Assembly (NCBI GenBank): GCA_964016885.1
Contig: OZ024745.1
Span: 66,774,001-66,838,000 of the forward strand
Length of the DNA stretch: 64,000 nucleotides
Reading direction: 5' to 3'
From: Eledone cirrhosa
Taxonomy: Eukaryota
Part shown: positions 14,083-29,417 of the stretch, one piece after another
How positions within the stretch are numbered: position 1 is the first letter of the stretch
Layout of the letters: each line of letters starts with the position of its first letter
Position numbers and translations under genes: made by a program
Notes under the pieces: generated by a model
Database searches by the model: none
Told to the model about the DNA's origin: nothing
Seen by the model: only the letters and a program-made list of their open reading frames with translations

Positions 14083-15256
14083 TCTTTATATATATAAAAG
14101 CGAGTATGTGTGTGTGTGTGTGTACAACTTTGCATGCATAAGGCTTTCAGAATTACCAACTGAATTTGACCAAATTTTCTGTGCACATTGCACAGGTCGC
14201 TATGATTGTTACATCACAAACATTTTTCAAATAGACCCACGTTGAGCAATAAAAATCTATATCAAAATTATCGGTAGAAAGATTAATGTAAGGGAGATAA
14301 CACTTTATTGACAATCCTTATAAAAACGGGAGATAACCAACTTTTAAGAAATTGGTTTACCTCCTAATACATTGGTTCTGAAAGAGGGAACACCAGTTAT
14401 TTTGCTGAGAAATATCACGCCTCCAAAACTATGCAATGGTTCACGCCTTGTGGTTAAAAAACTGTCCCCACTTAGTATTGACGCTACCATTCTATCCGGA
14501 TGTGGAAAAGGCCAGGATGTGATAATAACAAAAATTAGCCTGACTACATCAGTCGTGGATACTCCCTTCTTTTTTCGCCGAACCCAATTTCCCTTTCGTG
14601 TTGCCTTTGCGATGTCCATAAACAAGTCGCAAGGTCAAACTCTGTCCGTCGCTGGAATTCTCTTGGATGAACCTTGCTTATTGCACAGACAATTCTACGT
14701 TGCCTGCTCACGAGTTGGCAGTCGAGATAATCTCTTTGCGTTTGTTCCGAAAAGAAAAACAAATAATATCGTCTATCCTGAAGTGCTTTAGTGTTAACAA
14801 AAAAACTTATTACAGCTCTGCCTTGACTTCACCTTACTAATTACAAAACATACCAATGAATATGTCATGCAGGTTATTTTGGATTATAAGGTAAACATTT
14901 AACCATACACAGCAACGGATGCTCTCAAAGAATAGATTTTCTCTTATTCTACACTCATTGGGTTTTTTTGTTTGTATACAACTCTGCTTTCATTACAACT
15001 TTAGCAACACTGTCTGTTTTTTTACAGATTTGCAACGTGTATTGTCTTTCATCATTTGTATAACTACATCCTGTTCGGTGTTTTCCTTCATTATCAGCTT
15101 AGTTTTATGATTGCACTAAATATTCGTTTGCATTAATTATTGAAGACTTCTGCTTATTTTGACAGGTTGGGGACAAACAATGTTCTTCTTTTACTTCCTA
15201 GCTGTATATTCTTAGCATAATTTCAAACCCCGGGCAACGCCGGGTAAATCTGCTAC
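14083..15256 (+). mobile_element. Internally deleted Helitron
   Basis: Starts with TC, retains the PIF1 helicase C-terminus, ends CCCGGGCAACGCCGGG-TAAATCTG-CTAC. Confidence 0.9.
14348..14791 (+). pseudogene. Helitron RepHel PIF1-like helicase C-terminal fragment
   Basis: Motifs GLPPNTLVLKEGTPVILLRNI, LCNGSRL, QFPFRVAFAMSINKSQGQTL, YVACSRV. Confidence 0.93.
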
Positions 15257-15289
<33 letters not shown>

Positions 15290-15572
15290 ACAAAACAAGG
15301 TTTCATATTTATATTTTAATTGATTAGATTTTGGTTTAGCTTGATTAACAAATATGTTGAGCTGATAGGGGCTAGAGTCGGGTTTATAATAATAATGTTG
15401 ATCCTGAATCACTCATTTGTGAACCGTTCGTAACTAAGCCTAATCAATAAAAACATAAATGTGAAATTTGGTTTTTGTCCTTAATATATACACTCTGCTA
15501 TCGTATTGACTGCTAATATTGGTACCTTCCTCAGTAAACCACATATCAACTAAATCACCTTACATATACATA

Positions 15573-15672
<100 letters not shown>

Positions 15673-15752
15673 GAATCTGTTACAACAGTGGAATCCGCAC
15701 GGACTGAGTACTCTAAACGATTATATATTTATATCACAGTTTGCATTGTTTT

Positions 15753-15794
<42 letters not shown>

Positions 15795-16278
15795 AGTCGT
15801 GTCTTCTCACTATCGTTACCCAGATCTACGCATTTCTATTTTTTACCATGAATAGAAGGTAGCCCACGGTTGACAGGTACCGGGGGAGCAGTGTTGATTA
15901 AATCATTCTGTATATTCTTTTGAAATCCCACAGTCACTGAAAATAATTCCATCTCCGACGGCATTTCATGTTTTGTTTTGCACAATGAACCCCAAACCTG
16001 ATTCCATTACATTTCCAATCTTTCGACAAGACCTGACACGTCCCGTCTTCATATATGGAAGATATAGAATGTTTGACAGTACTTATATATGTAAAAAAAT
16101 TAGGAAATTTAATAGAATGTACTCGCTTATTCAAAGCTGGAGTTTTAAAATCCCACTCCCTATTAATATCTGCATCTTTTTATCATGTGTGCCTGCACTA
16201 TATTTAGCATAAATATACATGCACTAGATTGACATCTAAACAGTTAGATTGGTATATAAGAAGCATATGTATATATAA

Positions 16279-16407
<129 letters not shown>

Positions 16408-17702
16408 CGTGCATCTACGTATACATATATGCATGCATTCATACATGGACTCTTGTATAGATGTTTGTTTTCTGTATGTATATGTATGTCTTGATGAGAC
16501 TTTTATGGAAGGAGAATGTTGGGAAGTGTTTATGCATACACGCACATACATTTATGAATCAATAATGTGTTTTAATATCTTTACATAAAATTAAATCTGA
16601 TGTGAGATAAACTCATGTTTGTTTATCTATCATTGTAGAACTGTTGAATGAAAATCTTTTCAATTATTTATCTAGAAATGATATGATTCGCAGAACCACA
16701 TTTCTTCCAGTCCGTTGCATTCTGAGATTAAAAAAAAAACCCACAGCAGCCATTTTTGCCTATCATTTTTTTAATTGGATAAACAATGAAATGTTTTAGT
16801 GTCACGGACTAATCTAATCGTTAGAGTGTGGATGGGATGACTTAAACTATTTGATGCGGCTACGTGAATTCAAATCCCACTCTGGCCTAATTTCCAATGT
16901 CTGTACATTTGTAGTTAATCATGGTAGTATATCCATCTGAGAGCAAGCGAGAAATGGTATTTCTATGTGCCCCGAAATGGTCTAAGTCGGCACACATTAT
17001 ACTGTGGTTTTTATAGCATTGGGTAATATTGTATGTCATAGTGAGAAACGTAATGCCACGGATAAGACCAACCATTTCTCTGATATAAAATTACATTTCT
17101 CGTCAAGAATTTGTTATTACACACAATATATTAGGAATAGGGCTGTTAAATATTCGAAGTGGTTGTGGATAATGTATTAAATGAAAAGAATCACATTTAC
17201 ATTTTGCACAAAATGTCAATAGTGATAATTGACAAAGATGTAGTGTGTGTATGTGTGTGTGTTTTCAATAGTAACTATATACGTTTGAGTATGAAGATTG
17301 AGGCTTTTAATTACAAGTGACATATTTCTATTTGTGTACCTGTGGAAATGAGGGTAATAATAATTTAGGAGAAAAGATAGATGTCAACGCAAAGTGCTGA
17401 AGTTCAGAGAGGGGCATAAGTGACTTCAGCGGTGAACATGTACTTCGGTGGACATATAATGGTGGGGAAATTCCTTATGATAGTGTTGTATTAGTAGTCG
17501 GAATGAATAGAAGCATGAATACATACTTTTGCTTACTAAAAACAATTCATTTGTTAAGCCCTATTTTGAGGCAGTGAAACGTCATGAAATGTATGTATAC
17601 TGACCTCCTTGTCTCAATTAACAATTCTGATTCTAAAATCCAAATATCGAAACTTCAAAATACAGTCGCTTGGCATAGTTATTTTTTCATTTACTACACG
17701 CA

Positions 17703-17785
<83 letters not shown>

Positions 17786-18027
17786 CACACAAAGGAAAAA
17801 CTACATCTGTACACGTATAACAGTACCGGTGATAAACCCGGACGTCACTCATCCCGATAAACCACATTTTCTTTAACTTTCTAACCTCCACTTTTTGGTA
17901 ACTTTAATCTTTTCTGCCGTACGACTAACGTTCGATGTGTTGAAACATCCATTTTTCTTTTCCAGTAAGCCTGAAACTATATATATATATAATAATAATA
18001 CAATGTGGAGAAGGAGCACACGAGTTG

Positions 18028-18059
<32 letters not shown>

Positions 18060-18066
<7 letters not shown>

Positions 18067-18840
18067 AAAATAGTGAGAAAAAGACGATTATTAGGAAGAA
18101 AAAAGTTTTTTTTACCTTTTATTTCTTTCTCTTTTTTATGGGTTAGAAAACGTTTAAAACAAAATATTTTACTTTGTGTGAAGTGTTAAGGTATTAGTTA
18201 ATTTATTTATTAATTAACAATGGCATTTATTTATTTATATATTTTGTATATATTTAATAATTGTCTATTACCGGTTTCAGCATTTTATGCATTATCAAAG
18301 GGGGGAATTTGTATTGGTGTAAAATGTTGGTGATGTTCAACATGTTAAGGAAATTGTGAAGAAAGAATAATGTTATTTACAAACAAGGTTTTTGAAGTGA
18401 AAAGAAAAAAAGGGCAGGTAATGTGGAACATGATAAGGTAATGGGAAAGAAAAAATAATATTTGCAAATGGACCATTTGCTTCCATCCTGGATCAACTAA
18501 CCACTCTTGCGATAATAACACTTTTGAACTGCTTATCTTCAAGATAAATAATATTATTTTTTCTTTCCCCTTACCTTATCATGTTCCACACTACCCCCCC
18601 CCCCTTTTTATAATGCATAAAAAGCTGAAACCGGTAATAGGCAATTATTAAATTTTTAAATAAATAAATAAATGCCATTGTTAATTAATAAATAAATTAA
18701 CTAATACCTTAACACTTCACACAAAGTAAAGTATTTTGTTTTAAACATTTTCTAGCCCAGAAAAAAAGAGTAAAAAAGAAAAGGGAAAAAAATATATTTT
18801 TCTTCCTAATAATCGTCATTTTCTCCCTATTTTCATATTT
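18060..18840. mobile_element. Large inverted repeat of a hammerhead-bearing probable PLE terminal repeat
   Basis: Outer arms ~18060-18295 / 18607-18840, inner arms ~18420-18462 / 18551-18590; (TA)n at both edges. Confidence 0.85.
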
Positions 18841-19499
18841 ATATATATATATAGTGTTTATTCCCTACACTCTCTCACTTTCGTTCAATACACTAAGTAG
18901 AAATCATGAAATAACATACGTAAATATTATTGACATTAGATATGTTTCATCTAATCAAGTATCTTTTAAAACATAACTATTTCTTTACAGCTTGTGTTGT
19001 TCACTCCACACTTGAAATTTTGAATACGCACACACAAATAGATATTAATATGTGTGAGTGACTGTGAGTGTGTCTGCGCGCGTGCCTGTATATATATATA
19101 TATATATGCCACATATAAGCGTCCTTGAAATTGTTTATTGCTAAATACAAAAATACATTCATAGAAAACAATAAGAAGTAAAATTGTCCTTTTTTTCTAG
19201 TGACACTAGAATTTCTGACCTATCACTTAACTTATTATTTCCGATCAAGTAGTCATAAGTTTGAACGCTTTATAAAGTAGATCATTCCGTTTAGTTTAGT
19301 GAACTGTAAGATTTATAGTCTTATTATGAAGTCATGTGGAATTATCACTTGCTATTTATAATCAGAAGGAAAGCAGTTGCTATAGTGTCGTACAATTATT
19401 TAATACGATTAGCGTTTCTATGAAGAAGTGTATGATTGGCATTTCTTTAATGAAGTCTATGGAAAATTGTTTTTAGGTGTATTCATTGTAGAATTCTAC

Positions 19500-19790
19500 T
19501 AATCTGTGATGCTACATGTTATGAAACCTTCTTTAGCGACAACCTGGTGCTTTCGGCTACCAGCCCAGACTTTGCTACTCGTTGGGCCGAAAAAGACAAA
19601 CTGTCCAAGTATCGGCCAATTTTTGATAGATGTGTGATAAAGGCTGTAGCAGTGGAGACTTTCGGCGTTCTTTGTCCCCAGACCACGTCCCTGCTCACGG
19701 CTATCTGTTGGCTGCCCGCAGGTGGAATGGCTGTTGCAGCGCGTCTCTCGTGACGTGATAATTTGGCCCGCTTTTTGCTTCTTGTTCAGA
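19500..19790 (+). mobile_element. Decayed CRE-clade non-LTR retrotransposon RLE fragment
   Basis: DATC..AEKDKLSKY..AVETFGVL parallels the peptide at 54150-54330. Confidence 0.7.
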
Positions 19791-21410
19791 ACTAAAGTGT
19801 CTCGCCTGCATATTTTTTATTCACACGTATGAGTCCTTTCCGTATTAATTCTTGACCTTACAGCTATTTGCATTCAAATAGCTGTAGCGACACTGAACAT
19901 TTTCTCGTGTGGCCGTTATATCTTTCTAAGCCATTAGAGAATGCGAATGAAAACAAAACTCCTTTGTTTGCATAATTAGAAACATATTACAAACTAAAAG
20001 GACTATTCTGACGAAAACGATTGAGATATACTCAAAGACAGACAAAATAATGAACAATAACAGCAAAAGTAAAGTTTAGTCTTCCAGTATTGATACACAA
20101 ACTTTCAAACAAACTTACTCACATTAAAAGAAAGATAGACAGACAGATATAAATATTAGTCACAGAGAGTGCGTGCTATTTTATCATGTTACAGTTGTTT
20201 CATCCAACTTTCATGTTATTGAAGAAGTAAAATAGCTTCAACCATAGGGAAGTTTTGCCTTAGAGCAACGGCAGCTTAACTCAAACTGACGATCATTGAC
20301 TATTCAAATGTGTAATGATTTTGTTTTTCATGCACAATCTTTCAGACGAAACTTAGAGTTAAGTTTTATGGAAACCTTTAAAACTTTGTATTTCAAAAGT
20401 AAAAATCAATGCATAAAACAAGCTTTAAAAGCACAATCATTTGCGACAGTGGACATCTAAACTGATCTTGATTAGTAAATACGCGGCTTGCCTCAAGTAA
20501 AATCAAATTGTGTTTTCCGTATGAACGGAGATAACTGAATGTATTAAAAGTGGTAGAGGTGCGAAAATAACTTAGTAATTTAATTTTATATCTACGAAGA
20601 AGTAAACCGAGATAACGGTTTCATTTTAAAGTTCTAAAATATATTTAATCAGGTTTACCACATTTTTATCAGACACATTTGTTAAGATTGTGAGCGCTTA
20701 ATGCCTCAATCTATTTATTCAATTAATTTCGAGAGAGATATACCTAGATACTGACATGTGATAAGAAAGTTTACTCATGGCGAAGTATGTGACTTGTTGG
20801 TTTTGCTACTTTATTTTATTTTAGTAAGTATAAAGTGAAAGATTGAGCAATTTACTGGTGCAAAATATGGTTAGTTTAGTAGTGAATATATGTAATTAGA
20901 AGCAAATTGTAGACATATTAAATTAGAAGAACTGCTATAATATTTTAAAAGTAAATTTTTAAAATGTTCCTATTCCCTCTAAAAAAAGATTTTTTATTCA
21001 TTCATAATATATGAAGTTATATAAATTTATAGACTTTATATTTGACGGATAGAGATAAATATAAATGCGATGTGTCAGGAATATGAGCGGAATTTGAAAG
21101 AATCTGAGCACAGATTATTCCGTTTGTCAGACACGTTTGATTTGTTTCGGTTTAATAAATATTCATGCCCCCATTCGTTTGAGTGATTGTATCTGTTAAA
21201 TCGTATTAATGAGCCTTTTATTTTCTGAGTATAGATGAATTTTATATAATGTATATGTGTTCATTTAATGTTTATTGGCTCCATTTTATATATTCTCACG
21301 TAGATGAAACGTAGAGCAATTAGCAAGCCAACATTATATATATATTCTAAATTATAAGAATACACGCTCACATACACAGACACACACACACTGACACACA
21401 CACACACACA

Positions 21411-21513
<103 letters not shown>

Positions 21514-21558
21514 ATAATAATAAATGTGAAGACTAAAATCCAAAGAGGGCTCGATAAG

Positions 21559-21594
21559 AAATACTGAATTCTAATTATATGATTTAAGCATACG

Positions 21595-21655
<61 letters not shown>

Positions 21656-21694
21656 GCGTATGCTTAAATCATAATAATTAGAAATTCAGTATTT
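21559..21694. repeat. Inverted repeat (~42-bp arms) flanking (TA)25
   Basis: AAATACTGAATTCTAATTATATGATTTAAGCATACGCC / GGCGTATGCTTAAATCATAATAATTAGAAATTCAGTATTT. Confidence 0.9.
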
Positions 21695-23450
21695 GATTGA
21701 TTAACAGATAGTGTGTTTGATTGAGTGATAAATCAAAAAGACCATCTAATTTTCCCCAGAAAAATAAAGGTAATTGTATTACGTATGAGAGTACTAATGA
21801 AATTTCTTGCAACTTTACATGGAGTATTTTAGCGTCTGCAGAAATCAACACTTTCTACATACTTTCATTATGCACATGTGCTTTTCAAATAATTTCACAA
21901 TTTTTTTTTTCAGTTACTATAATTTATAAAATACCGTTTCATTTGCAATTTATATTCACCGTTTATCCCCGATACTTTCTACTTTAAAGGTAACGCTCCA
22001 ATGCTATTAACTTCAATTTTCCGCAGTTTCAATATTTAAGAGTATTGTCTGTATATTTTTCTGAACCCTTCCTAATTTTCAAAGCATTTCAGAATGAATA
22101 CTTTAAATTGAACTCACATCAATGCGTGGTATTACCAATCGTATAACTAACATTTTTATTCTGAAATTCTAAAGTTAATTATATATTTATTTGTTTCGTG
22201 TAAAAGTGTGCTAGTTGAAAGGCTTGTATTATACCATCAATCTTCCCGATATTCAATATAGCCACAAATTTGCAACTATCTAACTTATGTAATTCTTTCG
22301 TTTCCCCGTGATATTTTACATTAATATAAGTTGATTTTATATTAACCGATGAACATGACACAATGGATAGCGAGATTACCAAGTATAATCATTTTATTTC
22401 CTCTCAAAACTATAAGCATTTGCTTCGTGTAGCTTAGATAAAAGTCACCTTCAAGTATATGTAATAAATATGGTGACATACTAATTACATCCTACTGTGT
22501 GCTACCATGACGTTTGCTAAAATATCAATTCCTATTTTCATATTACAATATTTCTGTTTTCAGTATTTGAAATATCTTGGTGAAGTATTAAATATTTTCG
22601 CAGGTGTCATACGTACACGTGTTTGTACTATGGAAGTAACTACAAATCGAACGTTATGTGACTGGTTCCAATATAATCCAAGCATTTAAACATTAATTAT
22701 CTATTAATGAGTTGTATCGATCATTATCATATCGTTCTGAATAGAGTATTTATATTTGCCTGTCCAACCAGCAAGAAATAGCTGCATGCTTTCTTTAAAA
22801 TCATATCCTACCGTGTTAAAAATGTTGATATACAATTTGATATACGAAACGAGGTGATTGCCACCGTTGAAACATTTCTGATCATATATGTCGATCAGAG
22901 TTAATGTGGGTGTAATGAACAGCTTAGAACAACACAACAGCAATAATATATCTGCTTCTGAAATTATAAGTAACAATAACAAGTATAACTCTTACATAAT
23001 TATTGACAGAGAAAAATATATTTGATAATATGACCTAATAGAGTTATAAGTACGTCAAATTTTATATCATGTTAGGAATTTGATAATATAATGGTCGATT
23101 TCAACAAATCCAATCGACTGTGCTTCTCTCTTGATATATTATTATATAGCTGGCGGTAACGTTCTAGATTTGTCTCAAATATCAGAGTAATAATTTACCA
23201 GTATATACAACTATAGACACGAAATGACTTAGAACACATATGTGATAAACATATTCACCTCACACTCAAAGCCATAGTCATAAATAAATATATGCGCATG
23301 TACTACAGGCAGGCAAAATCACAAGCACATCAATACTGATTTACAAACACAAATATAAATACACATGCACAAACACATACGTATATATATATAGTGGAAG
23401 TTGAAAACTTCTCTGTTACTTCGAGGAGTTATCGAATCTATCTTGACAAA

Positions 23451-23486
<36 letters not shown>

Positions 23487-23689
23487 GTGTATGTGTATGT
23501 GTGTGTGTGTGCGTGCGTGTGTGTGGGGGTGGGGGGGGGGGTATGTGTGTGGGGGGGGGTACTTATATATGTATTATCAAACAATATCTCCCCACTCAAT
23601 CATGATGTCTCTCCTGAATAACATGGTAAATTAGATAAACTTGTTTATAATCATTTAGAATCACTACGTGTCACTACTGACAATATATA

Positions 23690-24035
23690 TAATCATAAAC
23701 AGGATTTTCATGCATAGCCGGGTTAGAAGAGGAATCAAATACGGCAAGTGTAAGATTAGTAGGCTGATATTTGCAGACGACATGGTATCACTTTACACAT
23801 CGGAAGGTTATCTCCGACTTGCACTTGATAGATTTCCTGCTGAGTGCTGCAAAGCAGGAATGGAAATCATTGCTACGGCGTCTAAGAATACGTCTTCTTG
23901 AAACAGATTGAGTGGTGCACTGAGCATTTCAGTGGAGTAATGCTGAAGCTGGTGGTGGTGTCTCGGCTGTATTTGTACAGAAATGCTGGATCTGGTGCAA
24001 CAATGTGCAGAGAGAGAGAGGAAGCTCAACGAGGA
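23690..24035 (+). mobile_element. RTE-type LINE reverse transcriptase fragment
   Basis: KISRLIFADDMVSL..LALDRF..ECCKAGMEI includes the FADD motif. Confidence 0.75.
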
Positions 24036-25659
24036 AAAACGAAATGATGATGATATATATTAGTTTAAACTTGACCTGGAAGGTAGTGAGTCTTAACGAT
24101 TCGAAACTTAGTCCTTCATCGAAAGATAGAATGTAAGATAAGATAAGAAATCGAATTATAGAAGAGTAAAAAAAGGAAAGAATCGGACATGTGTAATTTT
24201 CATGGGAGAAAGTACAAGTGTATTTAGTCAGTTGTATATTCCTATCATACCTCATACATCGCCGAATTATGTAAATATTTGTGAACCCACTGTACTCCCA
24301 ACGAAATCCGTTGAGTTACAAACTCTCCCTGGTTACCCATACAGTGAAGATTTAGTAACCACTGGTTGGGACATTGAAGACTTTTTCATTAAAAAAAAGA
24401 TGTATAATTAAGAGCAACAGCAACATCAATAAACGACGTGAAATATTAATAGCAGTGTCAGGTATGTTGCATGGGTTTAACTTAATTATTAGAAAGTTAT
24501 TAGAGAGGCAGATCACATTAATAATTTCAGTTTTGTTTAGGCGATTTCACTTTCGTTCGTCACTAATTGTCTTCAGATTAAACACAAACGCTGCACAATT
24601 ATATTCTATTTCATCTATAATTCCGTTTGCATACATAGGAAATGAACGCCATTGCCATTTAGAGAAATTACATTTTTTTAAATGTATCAAGTGGCAAGTC
24701 ATGTGTAGGGAAGATATGATTCTAATGCATTTGATAAAAGCATTAATTATTGCAATTTCAGTCCAGCAGGAACATGCACCACTACCATATCCTCCATACT
24801 ACACACGTTTTACTCTATAAATTATGCACACGCGTTTAACATTGTAGGGAATTAAGTTAAATTACATAAGGATTATGCCATTGTCAAAGCGGAAATAATT
24901 CTCCGTGCATTGGCCACGCACCACACTTACTTATTATTTAGGACTTCATTCATTGACACGCGATCAATATTTGTTTAACGAATAGATTCAGATGTCTGAG
25001 CCCACCTATATACCCGAATGTCTATAGCTGAGGGAAGAAACCTAAAATCGTTCTTAATGGTATTTTAACATGAACTTTGAAGGAAAGAAACTATATCTGT
25101 AAATGTAGTTCCCCACATTTCATCCTCACGCCTTTCCCGTAGACATAAATGAAGAAGAGAATACTCAGTTCGTGATTGAACAGCAAATACAGTATGGATT
25201 CTACAACATACTCCTTTTAACATAACTGACAACTATACAGTGGTTAATTTTAACTAATAGTACAGGTAATAGACATATGTAAATATTTTTAATGCATGTA
25301 ATATAGTTGTGAATAGAAGAAAAGAACTATGCCATACAATTTCAATAATCTGTTAGAAATCCATCAAAGAGCGAGTATATTAAGACAACGTGTTTACCTT
25401 AGTCCATTACATATTGGTTACTATGTATAAATATGTTATGTATTACAGTCTCGCCTTGACACACAAAAATGGTTAACAGAGCAGCAATTTTATAATTTCA
25501 ATGGTATGTGCCGGCGGAGTGTATTTAACTTCTGATAGAGTCATAGGCATTATAAAACTGTCTGCGCCCATTCGACTCCAGATCGTAACACAGCCGATTT
25601 CTTCCAGACATGGAAACATGAGTGAGAAGTTGTTAACAGGATGAACAGAGCATAATACT

Positions 25660-25870
25660 GAACTTCTGCATTAATTATCATCCTCGAAATGATGAAATAA
25701 GTAGTTAATTTCGGCGAGATTTGAACTCTGAGTACAGTGAGAGGGAAAAAATAATTGTTTCTACTTTTGGCACAAGGCCAGCAATTAACCCAGTGCATTA
25801 CTGGTGCTTTATTTTATCGACCCTGTGAGGATGAAAGGCAAAGTTCACTTCGGTGGAATTTGAACTCAGG
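25660..25870 (-). mobile_element. Two adjacent SINE fragments
   Basis: Family tail and central domain at 25752-25870; older B-box piece at 25700-25735. Confidence 0.8.
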
Positions 25871-26586
25871 GAACAAATAATGAGGTGTTTTTAAACCAAC
25901 GCTAATCCGTTGCCTTAATTTCAATGGCACGAATTTAAGTTTTGTTATGGAGTTGTATCAATATTCTGAACACAGCTGTGGATATAAAAGATGAAGTCTA
26001 TGACAACAGTATTTGAACACGGATGATATATTGACGAAGCTAATTATTGTAAGATGTCATGTATTTCGACTGATTTACTGTCCTTTCTCTGCTATATACT
26101 CAATTACAAATAGTCAAACTGAGCACGAAATATAATTACACAAATAGTTTATAACAATCAATCTTAACACAGTTCCATATTATATGTGTAAACACCCATC
26201 TTTCTCATGCTAGGAAACTGTGCTGGATTTTATTGGTGTATAATTGTCTTCATTTTCTTCTGCCCATTTCACCTTTTATTTGCATTTTGTTCGCATCGTA
26301 ACTTTATTGTTTGAAAACTGGTTAATACTAGTTTCCTTAAGATGCTGTTACAGTACATAATCATAAAACTGACAAACACAGACGATGTAATTTTCACGTG
26401 AAACTAGTATTTGTTTTCTTCTTCAACTTTCCTCGTGTTAAAAATAAGAACAAATGATATCCGAAAGCCGACAATTTAGTAATTGGCATAATAAGTCGAT
26501 ACAGGATAATGTTCAATTCTTGTTAGGATTACATCAAAGAATAATGCAATGTAACAGAAGCTGCGGAATCTCTGAAAATAAATGAT

Positions 26587-26852
26587 TACTATATGTTTGG
26601 TTTTACTTTGTCAGAAATAAATAAAAACATATGTATAATATTATATATGAAACTAGTATTTTACTGAGAGAAGGTGCCTTATAAATACTTAGAGTCAATC
26701 GTTCAATAATATTCCTAACGAACAGTGCAGAACGATTGACTCTTTAAGTATTTATAATCCTCCTCTCACCGGAAAATATTTGTTTCATATTTAATATTAT
26801 ATATATGTTTTTTGTTTTTTATTTCTGCTACAGTCAAACCAAATATATAGTA
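26587..26852. repeat. Diverged inverted repeat, ~118-bp arms, 25-nt spacer
   Basis: TTATAAATACTTAGAGTCAATCGTTC / GAACGATTGACTCTTTAAGTATTTATAA, extending out to TACTATATGTTTGGTT / AACCAAATATATAGTA. Confidence 0.85.
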
Positions 26853-27854
26853 GATAATAGATTCACATGAATCTCAAATAATAATAAACTTGCAGGTATT
26901 CCCCCGTTACTTTTCATAATTACAGATGGTAGCTGAATATAATGATTGGAAAGATAATATTCAGTAGGTAGTACTTCTTTGTTTATATCTAAATTTCGTT
27001 CGAATAGACCACAGAGAACTACGGATTTGAATTGTTTACATTGTGCTGGAGTGAACCAGAAATACGTCCGATGATGGTTTCTCTACTCCTTTTGTTACTA
27101 AATATATTATTAAAGCAAATCATCGAAAACCTTATGGGATTGTCATTGTAGAACACCCCTTTTTGCTTCATCTTGATTTTGCTGGTGTATTGCTCCTGAT
27201 TTTGCTACTGGAACTGCTGTTAGTAATACTACTTATAATGATAATAATTTTAAATTTAGATCAACAACGTTTTTTGGGGGTGGTGGTGGGGTGATTCAAT
27301 TATATCGAAACCAGCACGCAGTTATACTCCCACAAAGTTTTCTCTCTTATTTCGATATAAAATGATTTCTAATTGAGGCATAAGACTAATTATTACTTTA
27401 GAGGGGACAATTAAGTAATATTCTTTCCAGTTCATTACTGGTACAATATATTATTGACCCAGAAAACGTTGACCTCAACGCTGTAACGATCGCTGCACTA
27501 CATCGCCCTTAATTGCAATATAAAATAAAATGAATAAATTACCCCAATGTAGACAACAAAAGGCTACACATTCATAAGCAAACACACTCAATTTAGAGCA
27601 GTAAGCCAGAGTAGATGCATTACAGTGTTTAGATGTGTCCTTCTAGAGTTCGCATTTACACATCCGATATAAATTACTTCTCTGCATAATTTTCTGATAG
27701 TAAAATAATGTTAATTCTCGCGCTCTCAATAAGGGTTCGTGCATACCCAATATTGTCTCATATATGTTAACTAACCTCTATATACTATGATGCATCATGT
27801 ATAAGCTTTGTATGAGAATTTATAAATGGACCATATTCAACATTAAACCTCTAT

Positions 27855-28134
27855 TTGCCTTTCATCCTTACGGGGTCGATAAAATAAAGTACCAGTAATG
27901 TACTGGTTATGTGCCGGCCTTGTGCCAATAATAGAAACAATTATTTAGTGGATTGGCAGTATCGGTAGAGTGTCGAACGCCATGCTTTACAGCAAAGAGT
28001 TACGGCCCTTTATGGTCTGAGTTCAAATCCCGCCGAGGTTAACTTTGCCTTTCATCCTAACAGGGTCGATGAAATAAAGTACCACTAATGTACTGGGTAA
28101 TTGCTGGCCTTGTGTAAAAGTAGAAACAATTATT
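27855..28134 (+). mobile_element. Tandem SINEs (3' half + near-full copy)
   Basis: Family sequence occurs twice, head-to-tail. Confidence 0.9.
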
Positions 28135-29346
28135 TAGAACGAATGTGACGGCTTCTAATAACATATAATGACAGATCAGAGCATTGGAAGGAGAATGTTA
28201 CATATATCCCCTTGCATTATGACATACAACGTTGGTGTTGAAACAGTAGAAGCAAAGTAAACGTGATGTTATGCGTTGCCAAAAGGAATACAGATAACGG
28301 AATAATAAACTCACGATGGAGAGAATTATAATGTATAGATCTTTTGACTTTCTGTGAAGTGAGAGACAAATAGGCGTTTTATATATAGGCCAGAAGATCG
28401 TAAATGAGACAGCAGTGGACAAGTGATGTCGATAGGTAAAATTAGAATCAGACGGCAAAGCTAACGTGTAATTATCTAAGTAGTGACGGATATGTGTGCA
28501 GTGCAAAATATGGTGAATACGAATGAAAGAATATTGAATAATATATAGAAACGAATGTATACATCTAATATATGACTGAATTGTATCAGGATTAGAATCT
28601 ATGTCGACATATGGAATTTACTATCACATCTTTTAAACCATAAATACTTCAGGTCATATTATCATTTGCACTTATTACGACAAAAAGCTATTTCCTTCGA
28701 AGATTTCAAAGCAAATGAAGAAAACTTACTTCATTTAGCACCACCACCACCCTCACACACACAAACACACATAGATTTCCCCCTCCCCACCACTCATATA
28801 TGCAAATATAAATGTAACTGTAAATATAATATATTTTTCAAAGCGAAAGTTATCAGTTTCGGATAGAGCTTCTTTTGATGAATAAACATTGCACTCTACA
28901 CACATGAATTGAATGCTTATTCAGCTGATATTTTATGTACACTAGTATTTGATCGCACACATTAATATATATGTGCATATATATATATATGTGTGTGTGT
29001 GTATGTGTCTGTGTGTGTGTGTTGAGAGAGATATATAGTATTTCATAGTGCATACCTTATTTAATAATGTCAACAGTTGCAATGCATTTATCCATCAAAA
29101 TGTGTTGAATGATAACATTGAAATCCATGTAGTATATGTAACATTTCATTGCCCCGAATATCAGCTGAAAAATCCTTTAGATGTCTTAATATCGGAGAGG
29201 AAAGTGTTCAATATCAAAATGCTTTAAACATTTCTTACACGTAGTACATCAAACAGTCTTCGGGTGGGCACTAATCCTATTTCATCAAATTTCATCAACT
29301 GATTAATTAATTCTTATGTAATAAGACGATGTGATATTATGCGGCC

Positions 29347-29417
<71 letters not shown>

